This document shows positions 32,294 to 46,482 of a stretch of DNA of 64,000 bases, one piece after another. The notes under the pieces were generated by a model that was not told the origin of the DNA, searched no databases, and saw only the letters and a list, made by a program, of their open reading frames with translations. Within the stretch, counting starts at the first letter, position 1. Each line of letters begins with the position of its first letter. Source of the stretch: Alphaproteobacteria bacterium (lineage in GTDB: Bacteria > Pseudomonadota > Alphaproteobacteria > MPNO01 > UBA830); contig OZ251539.1 of NCBI GenBank assembly GCA_965243135.1, forward strand, positions 2,752,001 to 2,816,000, read 5' to 3'. The position numbers and the translations under genes are program-made.

Positions 32294-35222
32294 CACCAAG
32301 CAGGATCATGACGATCCGGTCCACAAGATCTCCCCGCATATCCTTGTCGAGGTCGAGTAGTGGCCGGTAGAGCGCGGCACGCAGATGCCGTTTCTCGTCG
32401 GCGTTGACGGCGGCATTGGGGAAGCGGAGGAGAAGCGATTCTGACTCGCGCGCCAGATCCATTGTCGCAATCTTCGCAGCTTTCAGATTAACATCGTCCT
32501 TCAGCGCCCAATGCACGCTAAACGCACGCGGTGCAAGCCCACTCTCCTTTGCGGCCTTTACGGCCGTTTCCCTTTCCGCGGCGAGCGCGCTCAACACGTC
32601 CATGGCGGCAAGTCCAGTTGTCCGGCGCTCCTCCAGCTCCTTCAGGATGCGCTCCGCTCGCTCCTTGAGCGGTTGGAGCATCGGTGCCACCTCCTTATCG
32701 CTCTCAACTTCGGCTCGTAGCCCACGTACCAGATTGAAGACCTTGGCTTCGTCTGATCCCGATTCGGCACTGAGCGCCTCCAAGGTCTTCAGGTCGAAGG
32801 TGATGCTTTTGGTCAGCCGGCCGAGACCTTCCTGATTGACGCTTCCCTGAACCAACCGACTGGTCTTGTAGGTAAAATCGGCCGCAAAACCAACATGCGT
32901 CGCATAAGCGTTACGGACCGCTGCATAAAGCAGCGCGAGTCGCTTGTACGTGTCGATATGATCACGGAGATCGGACGATGGCGAGAGAATTTCCCATAGG
33001 GCCTCGATTTCCTTGTAGGATTCGAAGAATGCCCTGCGCGTATCCTGTTCTAGGAAGCGCCCATAAATCACCTTCTCCAAGCGTTCATCTGGTCCTCCTT
33101 CGCTACCATCATCGAGATAAGCTGCTTTTGCCTCCACAATCTTTTCTAAAAAATCTTTCATCAGGTGATCGAGGTCTTCTATCACACCACTCACATCTTC
33201 TGAATCGAATCGCAGTGCTTTTTTTAATTCGCGTAACACGCCAACGAAATCGACGATGAGGCCGATACGTTTTCGGACCCCTTCCATATCCACATAAGGA
33301 CGATTCACGCGCGCAACCGCCTGCAGAAGGACATGGTCGCGCATCGGTTTATCGAGATACATGCAATACAGAAGCGGCGCATCATAGCCCGTTAACAGCT
33401 TGTCGGTGACAACGAGGATCTTCGGGTTCTCACCCACCTTCTTGAACATCAGACGTGCATCCGTCTCACGTTCCGGCGAGAGCTGAAGCTCGGCGACCAA
33501 CGGGTGATCGACGATATCGGCCACATGCTCGGTGTAGACAGGCTCGGTCCATTCAGGCGGCAGCAGCCTGTCGAGCGCGCGCTTGTATTTGGCGCAAGCC
33601 TCTCGGTTGACGCCGACCAAAAATGCCTTGTAGCCGAGCGGTGCCACATTTTCCTGGAAATGCTCGGCCACGAAAGCCGCGACTTTCTCGATCCGCTCGT
33701 CGGCGGTAAGGAAGGTGCGCAAGCCTACGGCACGGTCGAGGACCTTGTTGAGTTCGTCAATGTCGGTGACGCCCTCGGTCTCGGCCAGTGCAAAGAAATC
33801 CTCGTCCAAGCACTCCGTCGGCACCGTCATGTCGCTGGGTGCCATGGTGTGGCGGATCGGCAGGGTTGTCTCATCCTCTATTGATTCCGCAATCGAGTAT
33901 TTGTCGAGATAGCCCTGTTCGTCGTCGATGCCGAAGATCTTGAAGGTACCCTCGCCGTGGACCGTCCTATCGATGGGTGTGCCGGTGAAACCGATGATGG
34001 TTGCGTTCGGCACCGCCGCCATCAGATAGGTTCCGAGCTCCCTCGCGACCGAGCGATGCGCCTCGTCGATAAAGACATGGATCGTGTCCCGATCGTTCGC
34101 GTCCCTCTCAATGCCTTCAAACTTGTGGATCATGGAGAGGATCAGGCCGCGCTTGTCGGTTCGGAGGAAATCCCGGAGGTCGGCTCTGGAGCTGGCGCGC
34201 CAAACCGGAATGTCCTGTTGCTGCATCTCGCCAAGCAATCTCTCGACCCAGCCCTTGAGCTGGCCCTCGAGCTCGGTGCGATCGACCACGACGATCACGG
34301 TAGGGTTGCCAAAATACTCTTTCCCTTCGAGAATCAAACGCGCAGCGGTCAGAAGCGTGAAGGTCTTTCCCGAACCTTGCGTATGCCAGATCAACCCACG
34401 GCGCTTCGCTGGCTCCATGCAGCGGGCGACGATGCGGTCGACGGCGCGGCGCTGGTGCTGGCGCAGCACAGATTTCCGGATCTCACCGTCCTCGACATGG
34501 AACAATATCCAGTCCCTGAGCGTGCGCAGGAAAGCGGCGGGATCGAAGAACGACTGCACCGCGAAGCGGTAGCTCTCCTCCGGCCGTTCCTTCCAGCGCG
34601 CCATGAAGCGCCGTGAGACGTTCCATGTCACGCCGTACCAATAATCGATCAGATGGGTCACGTTGAAGAGTTGCGGCGCGCTGACGAGCTCGGGCGTCTC
34701 GATCTCATAGCGACGCAACTGCGTGACACCGCGCTCGACCGCGTCGCGGTCCTTGGGATTCTTGTGCTCGATGATAGCGACCGGCACGCCGTTGACGACG
34801 AACATCACGTCCGCCCGGTTACCCTTTCGAGCCAGTGGCTTGAGCTTCCACTCCCAAGTGACGTACAGGGTGTTGGCGTCGGGCGTGTCGAAATCCACAA
34901 TGCGGACGCGTCGATGCCGTTTCTCTCCGTCGTCGTACCACTGCCGCTCACCGCGCAGCCATGCGAGCATATCGCGATTGCCCTCGATGGTCGGCGGCAG
35001 CGCTCCCAGCCGCTCGATGACCTGACGGATCGTCTCGACGCTCATCCATGGATTGAAAGCGCCGAGCGCCGAACCGAGGTCGTCGCGGAACAACATTCCG
35101 GCCTCGCCGCCCCGTTTCGCCGTGGCGTCTTCCGGCGGAATGGGAGTCCAGCCGACCTCCGCCGCGTGGACCACCATGGGAAACTGGACCGAAGCGGCTT
35201 CGCTGATGCGGGGAATGCTCAC
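32271..35222 (-). CDS. hsdR: Type I restriction endonuclease subunit R
   Basis: 983 aa; [49 protein letters not shown] and QAVARVNR. Confidence 0.95.
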   Translation of the reverse strand: MSIPRISEAASVQFPMVVHAAEVGWTPIPPEDATAKRGGEAGMLFRDDLGSALGAFNPWMSVETIRQVIERLGALPPTIEGNRDMLAWLRGERQWYDDGEKRHRRVRIVDFDTPDANTLYVTWEWKLKPLARKGNRADVMFVVNGVPVAIIEHKNPKDRDAVERGVTQLRRYEIETPELVSAPQLFNVTHLIDYWYGVTWNVSRRFMARWKERPEESYRFAVQSFFDPAAFLRTLRDWILFHVEDGEIRKSVLRQHQRRAVDRIVARCMEPAKRRGLIWHTQGSGKTFTLLTAARLILEGKEYFGNPTVIVVVDRTELEGQLKGWVERLLGEMQQQDIPVWRASSRADLRDFLRTDKRGLILSMIHKFEGIERDANDRDTIHVFIDEAHRSVARELGTYLMAAVPNATIIGFTGTPIDRTVHGEGTFKIFGIDDEQGYLDKYSIAESIEDETTLPIRHTMAPSDMTVPTECLDEDFFALAETEGVTDIDELNKVLDRAVGLRTFLTADERIEKVAAFVAEHFQENVAPLGYKAFLVGVNREACAKYKRALDRLLPPEWTEPVYTEHVADIVDHPLVAELQLSPERETDARLMFKKVGENPKILVVTDKLLTGYDAPLLYCMYLDKPMRDHVLLQAVARVNRPYVDMEGVRKRIGLIVDFVGVLRELKKALRFDSEDVSGVIEDLDHLMKDFLEKIVEAKAAYLDDGSEGGPDERLEKVIYGRFLEQDTRRAFFESYKEIEALWEILSPSSDLRDHIDTYKRLALLYAAVRNAYATHVGFAADFTYKTSRLVQGSVNQEGLGRLTKSITFDLKTLEALSAESGSDEAKVFNLVRGLRAEVESDKEVAPMLQPLKERAERILKELEERRTTGLAAMDVLSALAAERETAVKAAKESGLAPRAFSVHWALKDDVNLKAAKIATMDLARESESLLLRFPNAAVNADEKRHLRAALYRPLLDLDKDMRGDLVDRIVMILLGDGNDGGV

Positions 35223-35317
35223 CGCTCAGCCTCGCCGGACGGCGCGGCGTTGGCGTTTCCGGCCGCTGGCGCCCCGCTCCGTGTCTTACCGTTCGGCGTC
35301 ATTTTTGTCGTTTCCTA

Positions 35318-35348
35318 TTGACACCGCTTCGTCGACGCTTGATATATA
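35318..35348 (+). promoter_or_regulatory. Sigma70-like promoter antisense to the RM operon
   Basis: TTGACA at 35318..35323 and TG-a-TATATA at 35340..35348 (19-bp spacer, extended -10-like). Confidence 0.55.
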
Positions 35349-35424
35349 GAGCGTCGGGTGCCCTTGATGGGCTCGATATGGCTCGCCCAGCCTGACATCA
35401 TATGCTCTCCGCCAAGAGAGTTTT
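35348..35424 (+). ncRNA. Candidate DUF3800-associated structured RNA
   Basis: Stems GTCGGG/CCTGAC (G-U only on the + strand), TGGGC/GCCCA and CTCTC/GAGAG followed by TTTT; overlaps the DUF3800 stop. Confidence 0.55.
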
Positions 35425-36249
35425 CCGTTTGTATGCGCTCCATGCTTCCCGTGCCGCCCCGACCAGCGGGGAAGGGTTCGGCCACACCTTCAACCCATCG
35501 AGGGCCTCCCCGTCTCGCCGTCGATAGAAGTTCGGCAGCGCTCTCTCGAAGTACGGGTAGCCGAAATCTCCGAGCTTGAAAACGCGATAGACGTTGTAGG
35601 CCAGCAAATCGGCGAGCTGGACGCCGTTCGACAGTTCACTGCGGGTGAAGAACGGATATTCGACGATCGCCGGAAAGGTCATATTCCGGTTGCCCGCCCG
35701 CTGAAACGAGGCGTGCTTCATCGCGATGGCGCGGTTGAGCTGCCTGCTCGTGTCGTCCATCACGATCAGCGCGCGATGCTTCTGGTGATACTCCCGCATG
35801 TAATGCTGTATCCGTTCCAACAGAAACTCGTATGCCCTCATGTGAAGAGTTTCGTGGGTAATGTGATCGTGGAGAAACCGCTTGTCGATCACGCTGCACA
35901 TGATGACCATGTTGCGCTCGGCAACCTGACGGAAATAGGTGTCAGTGAGGCGGGTCATGTCGTCTTGATGCAGTGCGTGGAGGAACGGACTTCGCTTCTC
36001 GCGATCGGTGGACACGCGCACCCAGTTGGACTTGACCTCGCAATCCGCTAGTTCGAAACGGCCCTTGCCATCTCGTTTCAGATAGTCCGTGAGTTCGAGC
36101 TTCAAGCCGGAAATCGCGGTCTCGAAGCGGTACCACTGGCCTTCGTACATGCCGACGGCAAGAAGGACATAGAGATGATCCTTCGGTTTCTCCATCGTGC
36201 CAGTGGAGGGATCGCGCGAGCCTGATTCATCGAAATAGAAGAAATACAT
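35398..36249 (-). CDS. DUF3800 domain protein
   Basis: MYFFYFDESG, EVK, LIVMD and S.GVQLADLLAY motifs. Confidence 0.88.
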   Translation of the reverse strand: MYFFYFDESGSRDPSTGTMEKPKDHLYVLLAVGMYEGQWYRFETAISGLKLELTDYLKRDGKGRFELADCEVKSNWVRVSTDREKRSPFLHALHQDDMTRLTDTYFRQVAERNMVIMCSVIDKRFLHDHITHETLHMRAYEFLLERIQHYMREYHQKHRALIVMDDTSRQLNRAIAMKHASFQRAGNRNMTFPAIVEYPFFTRSELSNGVQLADLLAYNVYRVFKLGDFGYPYFERALPNFYRRRDGEALDGLKVWPNPSPLVGAAREAWSAYKRKTLLAESI

Positions 36250-36270
36250 AGGTACGCGCCTCCGGCACCA

Positions 36271-37881
36271 TCAGGAACCTGTCTGGTGATTGAAGATGTC
36301 ACGTTTCAATTCTTCGTAGACGGCCATTCCCGGTTCGATGAGCGGCGCGAGTGTGTCACGCATGAACGCCTTGGTATTATTACCGCGTTGGGTGATGCCC
36401 AATATGTTTTTACACATGTTGTACAACTCACCACTTGCTGGTTTCAGATCATCGGCGGGGTTGTCAGATCTGGCATCGCAGATGTTCCGTTTCTCGTTCA
36501 GAAGCGGACCGGCCATACCCTCCTTGTCGACAGATGCGGCAAGTGCCTTCAGAACCTCGTCATCGAACAGATAAGACTCTAGGTTGCGTCGCGATAAAAC
36601 GCGGACGCCTTGTTTGGCTAGCTCGGCAATCTCGTTGTCCGTCCGGTCGTCGCGGTCGAGCAACCGAACAACATCCAGGCCGCCGATCAGCAGCTTGAGC
36701 GCCTCCGCCAGCCCTCGCTGGTCGCGGACGATCTGGCAATCGCTGCCCATCGACACGAACCGCGTTTCCGGGAAATCATGCTCGAATATATGGTTGTAAC
36801 AATTGGCGTCGAGAGAGTGATTCCGGGTCGGCCGATCCGTGAGCGGTTCACCTTCGCAGATGACCACCCGCTCCGGTGCGATCAGCGCAGCCAGATCGGC
36901 GAGCGCAACGTCATGAACTTTGTACCAGAAGGCCCGGTCGGGGATCGTTGGCTCAATGACCTGGGGCTGGTCGAAGTCCGGGTCTCCGAAATCAAGAAAC
37001 ACAACCCTGTTGGAGTTCTCGGCCTCGATGTCGCGCGCTCGGCGCATCATGCCTATCGAATGGGTTGCCAGTATCAGTTGGCAGTTTTTCGGCATCAGGT
37101 CGTAGAGTACCGATAAAAGTTCCGCCTGAAGCTTCGGGTTCATATGCGATTCGGGTTCGTCGATACAGAAAATGGTATCGTCGTAAGCGCGACGCGCGAC
37201 CACCAGATCAAGGATTAGGTCGAACGCCGCCTTCTCGCCGCCGGAGAGATTCTTGAATAGGAAGCCTTTACTTGTCCCCTTGGTGAATCGGAAGGTTCCG
37301 TCCTCAAGTGGATTACCAAGACTATCGAGTCTGACGTCTGGAAATAGCTTGGAGAATGCATCTCCGATATCTCTGATAACTAGTTCTCTGAATCGATCCA
37401 AAGTCATTGACCCGTCTTTGAGATCGAAAACATCTTCCAGTGCTTGACTGACCAGCCGTTGGAAATTCCAAGCGACGGCCGCATCGTTATCGATCATACG
37501 AGTGACACGAATATGTTCAAGCGGGTTGCCGACTCGTACAAGATTTTGAATCTGAAATTCTGGATCGTTTCTGTACGCCGATCTAAAATAGAAGGACTTC
37601 TTTGATTTTTCTTTGGATATGGGATTATAAAATTCACATTGGATTTCGTTACCCCGAAAATCTTGAGAGAACATGCCAGTCTTACGGTGATAATCCGGTT
37701 CCCATCGTACCCCTCTGCTAGCATGTATCTCGCGCCAGACATGAAGTGCATCGAAAAATGACGATTTTCCACAACCGTTCGGTCCGGCCAAAATGATTAG
37801 CTGCGTCGACTCGGGAATGTTTCGAACCGTCAGGTTCGTAAAACGCTTGAAATCCTTTATCGTGACGGCTTTCAATTTCAT
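36271..37881 (-). CDS. ABC-type ATPase with TOPRIM-like C-terminus (OLD-like nuclease)
   Basis: [27 protein letters not shown] and ATHS; then VICEG..D, LLDRD and NLESYL. Confidence 0.8.
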   Translation of the reverse strand: MKLKAVTIKDFKRFTNLTVRNIPESTQLIILAGPNGCGKSSFFDALHVWREIHASRGVRWEPDYHRKTGMFSQDFRGNEIQCEFYNPISKEKSKKSFYFRSAYRNDPEFQIQNLVRVGNPLEHIRVTRMIDNDAAVAWNFQRLVSQALEDVFDLKDGSMTLDRFRELVIRDIGDAFSKLFPDVRLDSLGNPLEDGTFRFTKGTSKGFLFKNLSGGEKAAFDLILDLVVARRAYDDTIFCIDEPESHMNPKLQAELLSVLYDLMPKNCQLILATHSIGMMRRARDIEAENSNRVVFLDFGDPDFDQPQVIEPTIPDRAFWYKVHDVALADLAALIAPERVVICEGEPLTDRPTRNHSLDANCYNHIFEHDFPETRFVSMGSDCQIVRDQRGLAEALKLLIGGLDVVRLLDRDDRTDNEIAELAKQGVRVLSRRNLESYLFDDEVLKALAASVDKEGMAGPLLNEKRNICDARSDNPADDLKPASGELYNMCKNILGITQRGNNTKAFMRDTLAPLIEPGMAVYEELKRDIFNHQTGS

Positions 37882-38563
37882 GTTCGATCCTCGTATATAT
37901 CTCTTCCTCGCTTGTCGGAAGGTTCCGGTTCTGATACCGTCTTTGGAAGTGTCGAAAAGTCGAGATCAGCGGCGTTTATTTCACCCGTTATTAGTTTATA
38001 TAGCAGCACCTTAAACAAGTCGCCAAGTACCGTGCGCTTGCGTCCATACACCATGATCCCCTTGCGCACCTGAGCCAACGCCGCCGCAATCATCCGCTGT
38101 TCATCGAATGGAGGATGGGGAACGTCGAGTGCAGCCAGCCGGCTGCAAGAGATGTTCGGGATCGTGGTTTTGTTGCCCGCGCCCTCGAAGATGCCCAACT
38201 GCGTGAAGGCGGATTGCAGGAAGTAGACGTAGAAGCGAGGCTCGACATCTGGAACGATGGGCCGTAGCCGGTGTATGTGGTTCTGGAACGACATGGGCTC
38301 AATCTCGCCCGTCCAAATCGCCGCGCGGCCAATCTCGCCGCCTTCGCAGACAAGCAGGTCGCCTGGCCGCAGCAGCTTGGCCGGCAGTTCATGGTCGAGA
38401 ATCGCCATCTCGTCGACCGTGGACAGATCGATCTCGTCCCACAACACATTCGAAGTCCGAAGGAAAGGCATCTTGTTCTTGCCGTTGCGGGCGGCGGCGG
38501 ACATGGTCTTGCCCGCGCCGATCTCGAACAATTCGCCGAGAGGTCGCCACACCCACGCTCCGT

Positions 38564-38567
<4 letters not shown>
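37878..38567 (-). CDS. hsdS: Type I specificity subunit, half-size (single TRD)
   Basis: [32 protein letters not shown] and [10 protein letters not shown]; only 229 aa; 4-bp overlaps with both neighbours. Confidence 0.85.
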
Positions 38568-40396
<1,829 letters not shown>

Positions 40397-40477
40397 ATTT
40401 GCTATATCTGCTATGTTTTCGCGCTTGTCAACATGTTCATGCTTTCCAGCCACGGCGGATCTTTTCTCCGAGTAAAA

Positions 40478-40880
40478 CAGGGCGAATTCAAGAATGGCGC
40501 GATCATTGCCAAGCGCCGCCCTTGAGGAGGCGGCAGCGGTGCGAGATCCGCGTCGGCGGGACGATGGCGGCGTGAAGAGACGGTAGCGGTGCTGACAGCG
40601 GCGGTGCGAGAGACGAGGCCGCCGGTCGGACGTCAGAAGACCTCCATGGTCAGCTCTCGAACGGGCCTGGCGCAGGTCGTAGTGCCGGTGAGCCTGCGGC
40701 AGATAATCGAATCGTCCGCGCAACCGAACGATGGAGGCGTTGCGGGCCAGTGCACGGGCACTGCCCCCGACGTAGTTGCGGCGGCGGTCTTCGTCGTAAG
40801 TCATGTCGCGAACATGCCGGTTCTCGATTTCCCAGTGACGGCGAGCAATATCGAGAATCTCGGCAGGTCCTCCGCGCGAC
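40478..40880 (-). mobile_element. ISAs1 3' remnant with right end
   Basis: [17 protein letters not shown]; terminal CAGGGCGAATTCAAGAATGG. Confidence 0.75.
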
Positions 40881-40899
40881 GGCGGGACGGAAGTTACTA

Positions 40900-42597
40900 C
40901 CCGGATATCTCACCACTACTGGTTGCATGGGGCCCCCGATTCGCAATACATATAGAAGAATCAACCCACTACACGACCTGCGAAAGGAAACCCCACAGAC
41001 TGTAAACCGTTGCAGCTTGAGTTTCAAGGCCTCGGAAGCCGCAAGGTGGTCGGCGATTTCGAGGGCGGCCGCCTCAGCACCGACGGCGGCGCGACGCTGT
41101 TGCGCCAGGCCGACGCGCTGCTCAACCTGACGCCGGGCGGCTTGATGACCACCGATGCCAGGAACGCCTCGAGCACCCGGTGCAGCGGCTGGTTTCGCAG
41201 CGGTTGTTCGGCCTTTTACAGGGTTACGAGGATGTCAACGATCATGATTCGGGCCGACAGCGTGCTGGCGCTGGCCGTCGGGTGCACCGACCTGACCGGG
41301 GAGGAGCGGGTCCGGGAACGCGACCGCGGCGTTCCGTTGGCCGGTTCGAGCACCTTGAACCGGTTCGAGTTGGGCGTTCCCGGCGAAGCCGAGACGCACC
41401 GGTACAAGAAGATCACGGCCATTCCGGGATCGCTGGACGATCTCAAGCCTGTCCCTCGACGCCTGTCCGTCGCCGCCGAAAGAGATCTGGCTGGACGTCG
41501 ACTCCACCGACGACCTGGTGCATGGCAACCAGGAGGGGCGTCACTTCCACGGCTACTACGACTCTTACTGCTACCTTCCGCTTTACATTGTGTGGGACGA
41601 CCTGGTGTTCGCGGTTGCGGCCTGCGAACGTCGACCCGGCGGCGGGCACGGCGGAGGAACTGGCGTGTGGAGCGCATTCGCGATCGCTGGCCGGAGACCG
41701 GGATCGTCGTTCGCGGCGACGGCGGCTTTTGCCGCGACGAACTCATGACGTGGTGCGAAGACAACGGGGTCGACTACCTGTTCGGCCTATCCCGCAACCC
41801 CCGTCTGGCGGAGCGCATCGCCAGGCAGTTGCGCAAGTCGCGTCGCCGCTGCCTCTCGACCGGCGAGTCGTCGCGGCGGTTCTGCGACTTTCGTTACCGG
41901 ACCCGAAGGTCGTGGAGCCGGACGCGGCGGGTGGTCGCGAAGGCGGAATGGCTGCCGGGTCCTCGCGGCCTCAACGCCCGCTTCGTCGTGACTTCGCTGG
42001 GCTGCAAGCGGGCGGGGGCGCAGGCTCTCTACGAGGACCTGTACTGCGCGCGCGGGGAGAACCGCATCAAGGAACAGCAGCTCGACCTGTTCGCCGACCG
42101 GACCTCGACCGCGACCGGCGAACCAGTTGCGCCTCGACTTTGCGACGTTCGCCAGCCGTGGCGGCGATTCGGAGGGTCGGCCTGGCCGGCACCGGGGAGG
42201 ACAGGGCGCAGGCCGGAACGATTCGGACGAAGCTCCTCAAGGTCGCCGTCTGCATCTCCGTTCGGAGGGTTCTGCTCTCGTTTTCGTCGGTCTGGCCGTG
42301 GAAGGATCTGTTCGCCCGGGTTCTGGCGAACCTGCAGGCGGCTGCGCCGCCGGCCCCGACCTGACGCCGCTCGCGGTCCCGACAGCCCTTTTTTGAAAGC
42401 CGGAACGCCGGCCACGGGACAGGTATGTTCGGGTACCGGATTCCACGGCGTCGGAGTCGCCCGCAACCGCTCAAGTTCGTGTTTCGTTCACAAAAAATCC
42501 TTGCTTGCCAACTGCGCTCTGCTTCCCCGGCTCGCCGGTCGTCCCGAAAACCGCGCCCGCAACCTGAATCCAGCCCCCTGATTCGCTCTGATGCGGG
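40900..42597 (+). mobile_element. IS1380 copy 2 with frameshifted transposase
   Basis: Homologous to 13478..15234 with many short deletions; right IR partly deleted; followed by CTAA. Confidence 0.9.
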
Positions 42598-43087
42598 CTA
42601 ACCGCTCGACCCTCAAGGCGCAGGCGTCCCGAGATTTGTTCCGGACTCCACTGCAGGGCCAGCTTCTCGTCGACTTCGCCCCACCACTCCGAGGTCATCT
42701 TCCGAGGCTGCGCCGAAGCCGCGCTGCGGCGCTCGGCCGCCAGCCGGTCGGCCTGCGCGAAGTCGTAGTCGCGCTGGCCCGCGTCGCGGGTCGGTTCGCG
42801 GCTGGAGGGGGCGCGGCTGGAAGGGTCGCGCCGGCTCGCATTGCGGGTCAGTTCGCGGCTGGAGGGGTTGCGGCCGAGCCGCCTCGCTATCGCGGCCTCG
42901 CCGCTTTCCTTCATCATGCCAATCTGGCAACGTTCGTCGTGGGTCAGGTGATGGTAGGCCTTGGCCCAATCTCCGTTTTTGAACTCACAGAGATTATCCG
43001 CATCGCCTGACCTTTCCGCAACATCTTGATGCAAACGGTCGGTCAGCCACCACATCCGGAATATTGCACTTCATACTTGAAGGGGCG
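42598..43087 (-). mobile_element. IS30-family left end and transposase 5' fragment
   Basis: YHHLTHDERCQI, IARRLGR..S..REL.RN and WSPEQISGRL; cut by IS1380. Confidence 0.85.
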
Positions 43088-43112
43088 TCCCCAAAAACAG
43101 CGCCCCGCACGT

Positions 43113-43844
43113 TTACGTTATGACGTCACTCGATGGATCGTCAGGAGCCCGGTATGCCGTGAAAGCATGAATCCGGCCGGCATTCGGGTTATCGACTTGC
43201 TCGGTCTCGTTGGCGAGAAGATCGAAGCTATAGGCCGTAACGGATCTCTCGACCTCGCGGCGCACCAACGTGCCGACCTTCGTCAGATCGTCATCAACGG
43301 CGTGGTCGGCGGGCAAAATCAGGGTTCGTCTGTGAGCCGTCCCTTCGGCCAGCGCAAACGGCGTCGGAGCGACATACATCTTGCGGTCGCGTACAAGAAT
43401 ATCCCCATAACTTCCGAAACCCCGAAAGCTCCTGTTCTTGTGGACATAGGAGTTGTCCGCGTTGAGAAAGCTGCCATGACAAACGACCAGATCGAGCACC
43501 GGGTAGCGGTTTCCGTCCGGCCTGGCCGGGTAGCGACCGAACACGTAATAGACTTGTCGTCCGTTGTGCTCGCCGCAAGGAATCTGGCTGTTGCAGTCGT
43601 AGCTGGCGTCCCGCCCCGGATAGGCCAAGCCCTTGATCTCGTAGCCCTCGGCGTGCCGCACAAGCCGAAAGTCGGGATACAAGTTGCGGCCCGGCGAATC
43701 GTAGTGCAGGCCGAGCGCTTCGAGACGCCTCTTGAACCAGTTCTGAAAGTGGAACTCCTTGTCTCTCCGTCCTTCGCTCTCGATGAGTTCTCCCTCTCGG
43801 ATCGCCCGGACGCACAGTTTGAAGACGGCAGAAGCGTTCGACAC
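43113..43844 (-). CDS. Putative type II restriction endonuclease
   Basis: 243 aa with YPDF..GYEIKG PD-(D/E)XK motif; immediately downstream of the methyltransferase. Confidence 0.65.
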   Translation of the reverse strand: MSNASAVFKLCVRAIREGELIESEGRRDKEFHFQNWFKRRLEALGLHYDSPGRNLYPDFRLVRHAEGYEIKGLAYPGRDASYDCNSQIPCGEHNGRQVYYVFGRYPARPDGNRYPVLDLVVCHGSFLNADNSYVHKNRSFRGFGSYGDILVRDRKMYVAPTPFALAEGTAHRRTLILPADHAVDDDLTKVGTLVRREVERSVTAYSFDLLANETEQVDNPNAGRIHAFTAYRAPDDPSSDVIT

Positions 43845-44834
43845 GATTCAGCTCTCGTTTTCCCGGGCGCTTTGCGCACCCACGGCATGCAGACGATCGA
43901 TGCGCGCCTCGATCTCTTTGTCGGCGGTCTCCAACGCCTTCAGCGCGTTTTTGACCGTGCGGAATGTCGACAACCGTCGTATCAGATGGGCCATCAGAAC
44001 GATCCGAACGTCGTTCCGGCCCAGCTGCCTTCCCGCTCTCTGAAACCGAGACACGTGTTCGGTAGCCGCCGGAAGCACGCCGTCCCAGAGATCGCCGGTC
44101 CATCGGCAAGACGGAAACTCCGAACTCTTGCGGCACACCACGATAATGTCGAGGTCGATCGGCTCCCTAGCCTGCCGCTTCGGCATGGCTACCGACATTT
44201 CCGCCTTGACGGGCTGAACCGCCGTTATCCCGAAGCCCGCGCCCATGAGCGCCTTGAGCACCGAACGCCACCCTTCGGCCCTGGAATGATGATAGGTGAA
44301 CGCAAGAATGCCGTCGTCTTTCAGCACCCGGTGCGCTTCCGCCAGCACGGCTCCGAGTCGTTTCGTGAACGTTTCGGAGTCCGCGCTCTGAACTTCGCCA
44401 GACGACCGGGTCGTGCCAGGAGCGCGGTCTCCGCTGGCGCCGAGAACATGTCGTTGCCAGACATGGAAGAAATCCGACAACTGCGAATAGTGAACGTTGT
44501 CGAAAAATGGCGGGTCGGTCAGTACCGCATCGACCGAGCCGTCGACGAGATCGGTCGAGCTCGAGTCTCCGCAGGAAAGATAGACGCGTTTGCCGCTTGC
44601 GAAGTCCGGATAGTCTTTCGCCAGCGAAAACCCGAGTCTTTCGGAGAGTCCGAATATCTTTTCGCCGGTCTTCCTGCCGTTCCGCTTTCCGGGAAGCAGT
44701 TCGAAGGGCTCGTCCGAGTAATCCAGCGCCCGGCCAATCCTGCTCGCGAACATCGTCGAGAAGGAACCGGAGCTTTTCGGCGTCCCCCACACGTTGGCCT
44801 CGAGCGGCGCCCGCTCCGGCTTGAGAATGTGATG

Positions 44835-46482
44835 CAGCAATTCCCGCTAAGGCTCGAAACCCTTGAAAAATATGGGGCCGGAAAAAAGTCTTTCGTGGAC
44901 TTTTCGAGGTGATTCGGGGCTATTTGCCTTCGAGCGGAGCATTTTTCTCTGGAAAGTGGTCCGAAGGCGAGGCGGGATTGTACCAAAATGGCCAGAATGC
45001 CAGGCATGCGCAAGACGCTCAGCGCTCCGGGATTGCTGAAGGAAGTGCGAGCTTGTTTCGACCGTATTGAAGATCCGATCGCGAGCCGGGGGCTGAACCA
45101 GACGGACTGTCTGATGTCGGGTCTAGCGGTGTTCGGTATGAAGTATGCGTCGCTTCTGCAATTCGACGAAGCCGCGCACGCCGACGAAGCGGTTCGGCAC
45201 AACCTCGCGACCTTATACGGCGTCAAGCGCGTGCCGTCGGACACTGCGATGCGCGAACGGCTTGACGAAGTCTGTCCGCGGCAATTGCGGCGTTGTTTCA
45301 CGAAGATGTTCCAGGTTTTGCAACGAGGCAAGGGGTTGGAACAATACACTTGTCTGAACGGGCATTACGCTCTTTCGATCGATGGAACGGGATACTTCTC
45401 GTCGAACAAGGTGCACTGTAAAAATTGCTGCGAGAAACACCACCGCGACGGTACGATTACCTACTACCACCAGATGTTGGGGGCCGTTCTGGTGCATCCG
45501 GAACAAAAGGAGGTTTTTCCGTTTGCACCGGAACCGATCCTGAAGGAAGACGGCGCAAAAAAGAACGATTGCGAACGCAACGCAGCGAAACGGCTTCTGG
45601 AAGATGTGCGTCGTGAACACCCGCACCTGAAGCTAGTTGTGTTGGAAGATGGGCTGGCCTCGAACGGACCACATGTCAATCTTCTCAAGGAGTTAGACAT
45701 GCGTTTCATACTGGGGGCGAAGCCCGGCGACCACAAATTCCTGTTCGAGTGGGTCAACAACGCGCCGTCCGTGGAGCGCCGGGAGTTCACGGACGGTGAC
45801 AACATACGGCACGAATTCCGGTATCTCAACGGAGTGCCTCTGAACGATACGCACTTCGACCTCAAAGTGAACTTTCTCGAATACTGGGAGAAGCTCCCAA
45901 ACGGTAAGAAACAACGTTTCTCCTGGGTCACGGATCTGCCAATTGACGAAGGGAACCTGATGGAGTTGATGCGCACCGGGCGGGCGCGCTGGAAGATCGA
46001 GAACGAAACTTTCAACACCCTGAAGAACCAAGGCTACTGCTTTGAGCACAACTTCGGTCACGGTAACAAGAATCTGTCGACGGTCTTTGCGTTCCTGATG
46101 ATGCTGGCGTTCCTGATTGACCAGATTCAACAGCGATGTTGCAAACTGTTCCAACAGGCACAAACGAAGGCCAAGCGGCCCATTTACTTCTGGGAAAAGG
46201 CGCGGGGATTGTTTCTCGAATACTTCTTGAAGGACTGGGAAACACTCTACCGAATGATCGCGTTTGGATACCGGAAAGCAGAGGGAATTCCCTACGACAC
46301 CTCCTGACCTGGCACCGTGACCGAATGTGCTAAAGCAAGTTTTTCAGGGGAAACAGGATGGTCAAGGCTAAGTCGGCACCAAGCCGAAGCGGGGAAGGTG
46401 CGTCGCGGCGGCTGATCCCTCGGTAACGACGCTATCTCGACGCGCCTTTCGCAAAGGGCGGCCACCTTAGCGGGAATTTCTG
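44835..46482 (+). mobile_element. Complete IS (IS4-like DDE, possibly ISNCY group), 1648 bp
   Basis: TIR CAG(C/A)AATTCCCGCTAAGG; 9-bp TSD AATGTGATG at 44826 and 46483. Confidence 0.92.
44988..46307 (+). CDS. DDE transposase
   Basis: LSIDGTG, VLEDGL and RARWKIENETFNTLK; intact 439 aa. Confidence 0.92.
   Translation: MARMPGMRKTLSAPGLLKEVRACFDRIEDPIASRGLNQTDCLMSGLAVFGMKYASLLQFDEAAHADEAVRHNLATLYGVKRVPSDTAMRERLDEVCPRQLRRCFTKMFQVLQRGKGLEQYTCLNGHYALSIDGTGYFSSNKVHCKNCCEKHHRDGTITYYHQMLGAVLVHPEQKEVFPFAPEPILKEDGAKKNDCERNAAKRLLEDVRREHPHLKLVVLEDGLASNGPHVNLLKELDMRFILGAKPGDHKFLFEWVNNAPSVERREFTDGDNIRHEFRYLNGVPLNDTHFDLKVNFLEYWEKLPNGKKQRFSWVTDLPIDEGNLMELMRTGRARWKIENETFNTLKNQGYCFEHNFGHGNKNLSTVFAFLMMLAFLIDQIQQRCCKLFQQAQTKAKRPIYFWEKARGLFLEYFLKDWETLYRMIAFGYRKAEGIPYDTS

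Noticed and set aside
40397-40804. Extended HsdM N-terminus in the 746-aa ORF
   Set aside because: This is read-through from the ISAs1 remnant; the plausible start is the ATG at 40396.
42770-42875. Short tandem duplication (SSRELTRNA/SSREPTRDA)
   Set aside because: A local slippage duplication inside a dead IS30 transposase, with no sign of function.
43026-44912. 628-aa plus-strand ORF
   Set aside because: It is antisense to the endonuclease and methyltransferase frames that carry the real motifs.
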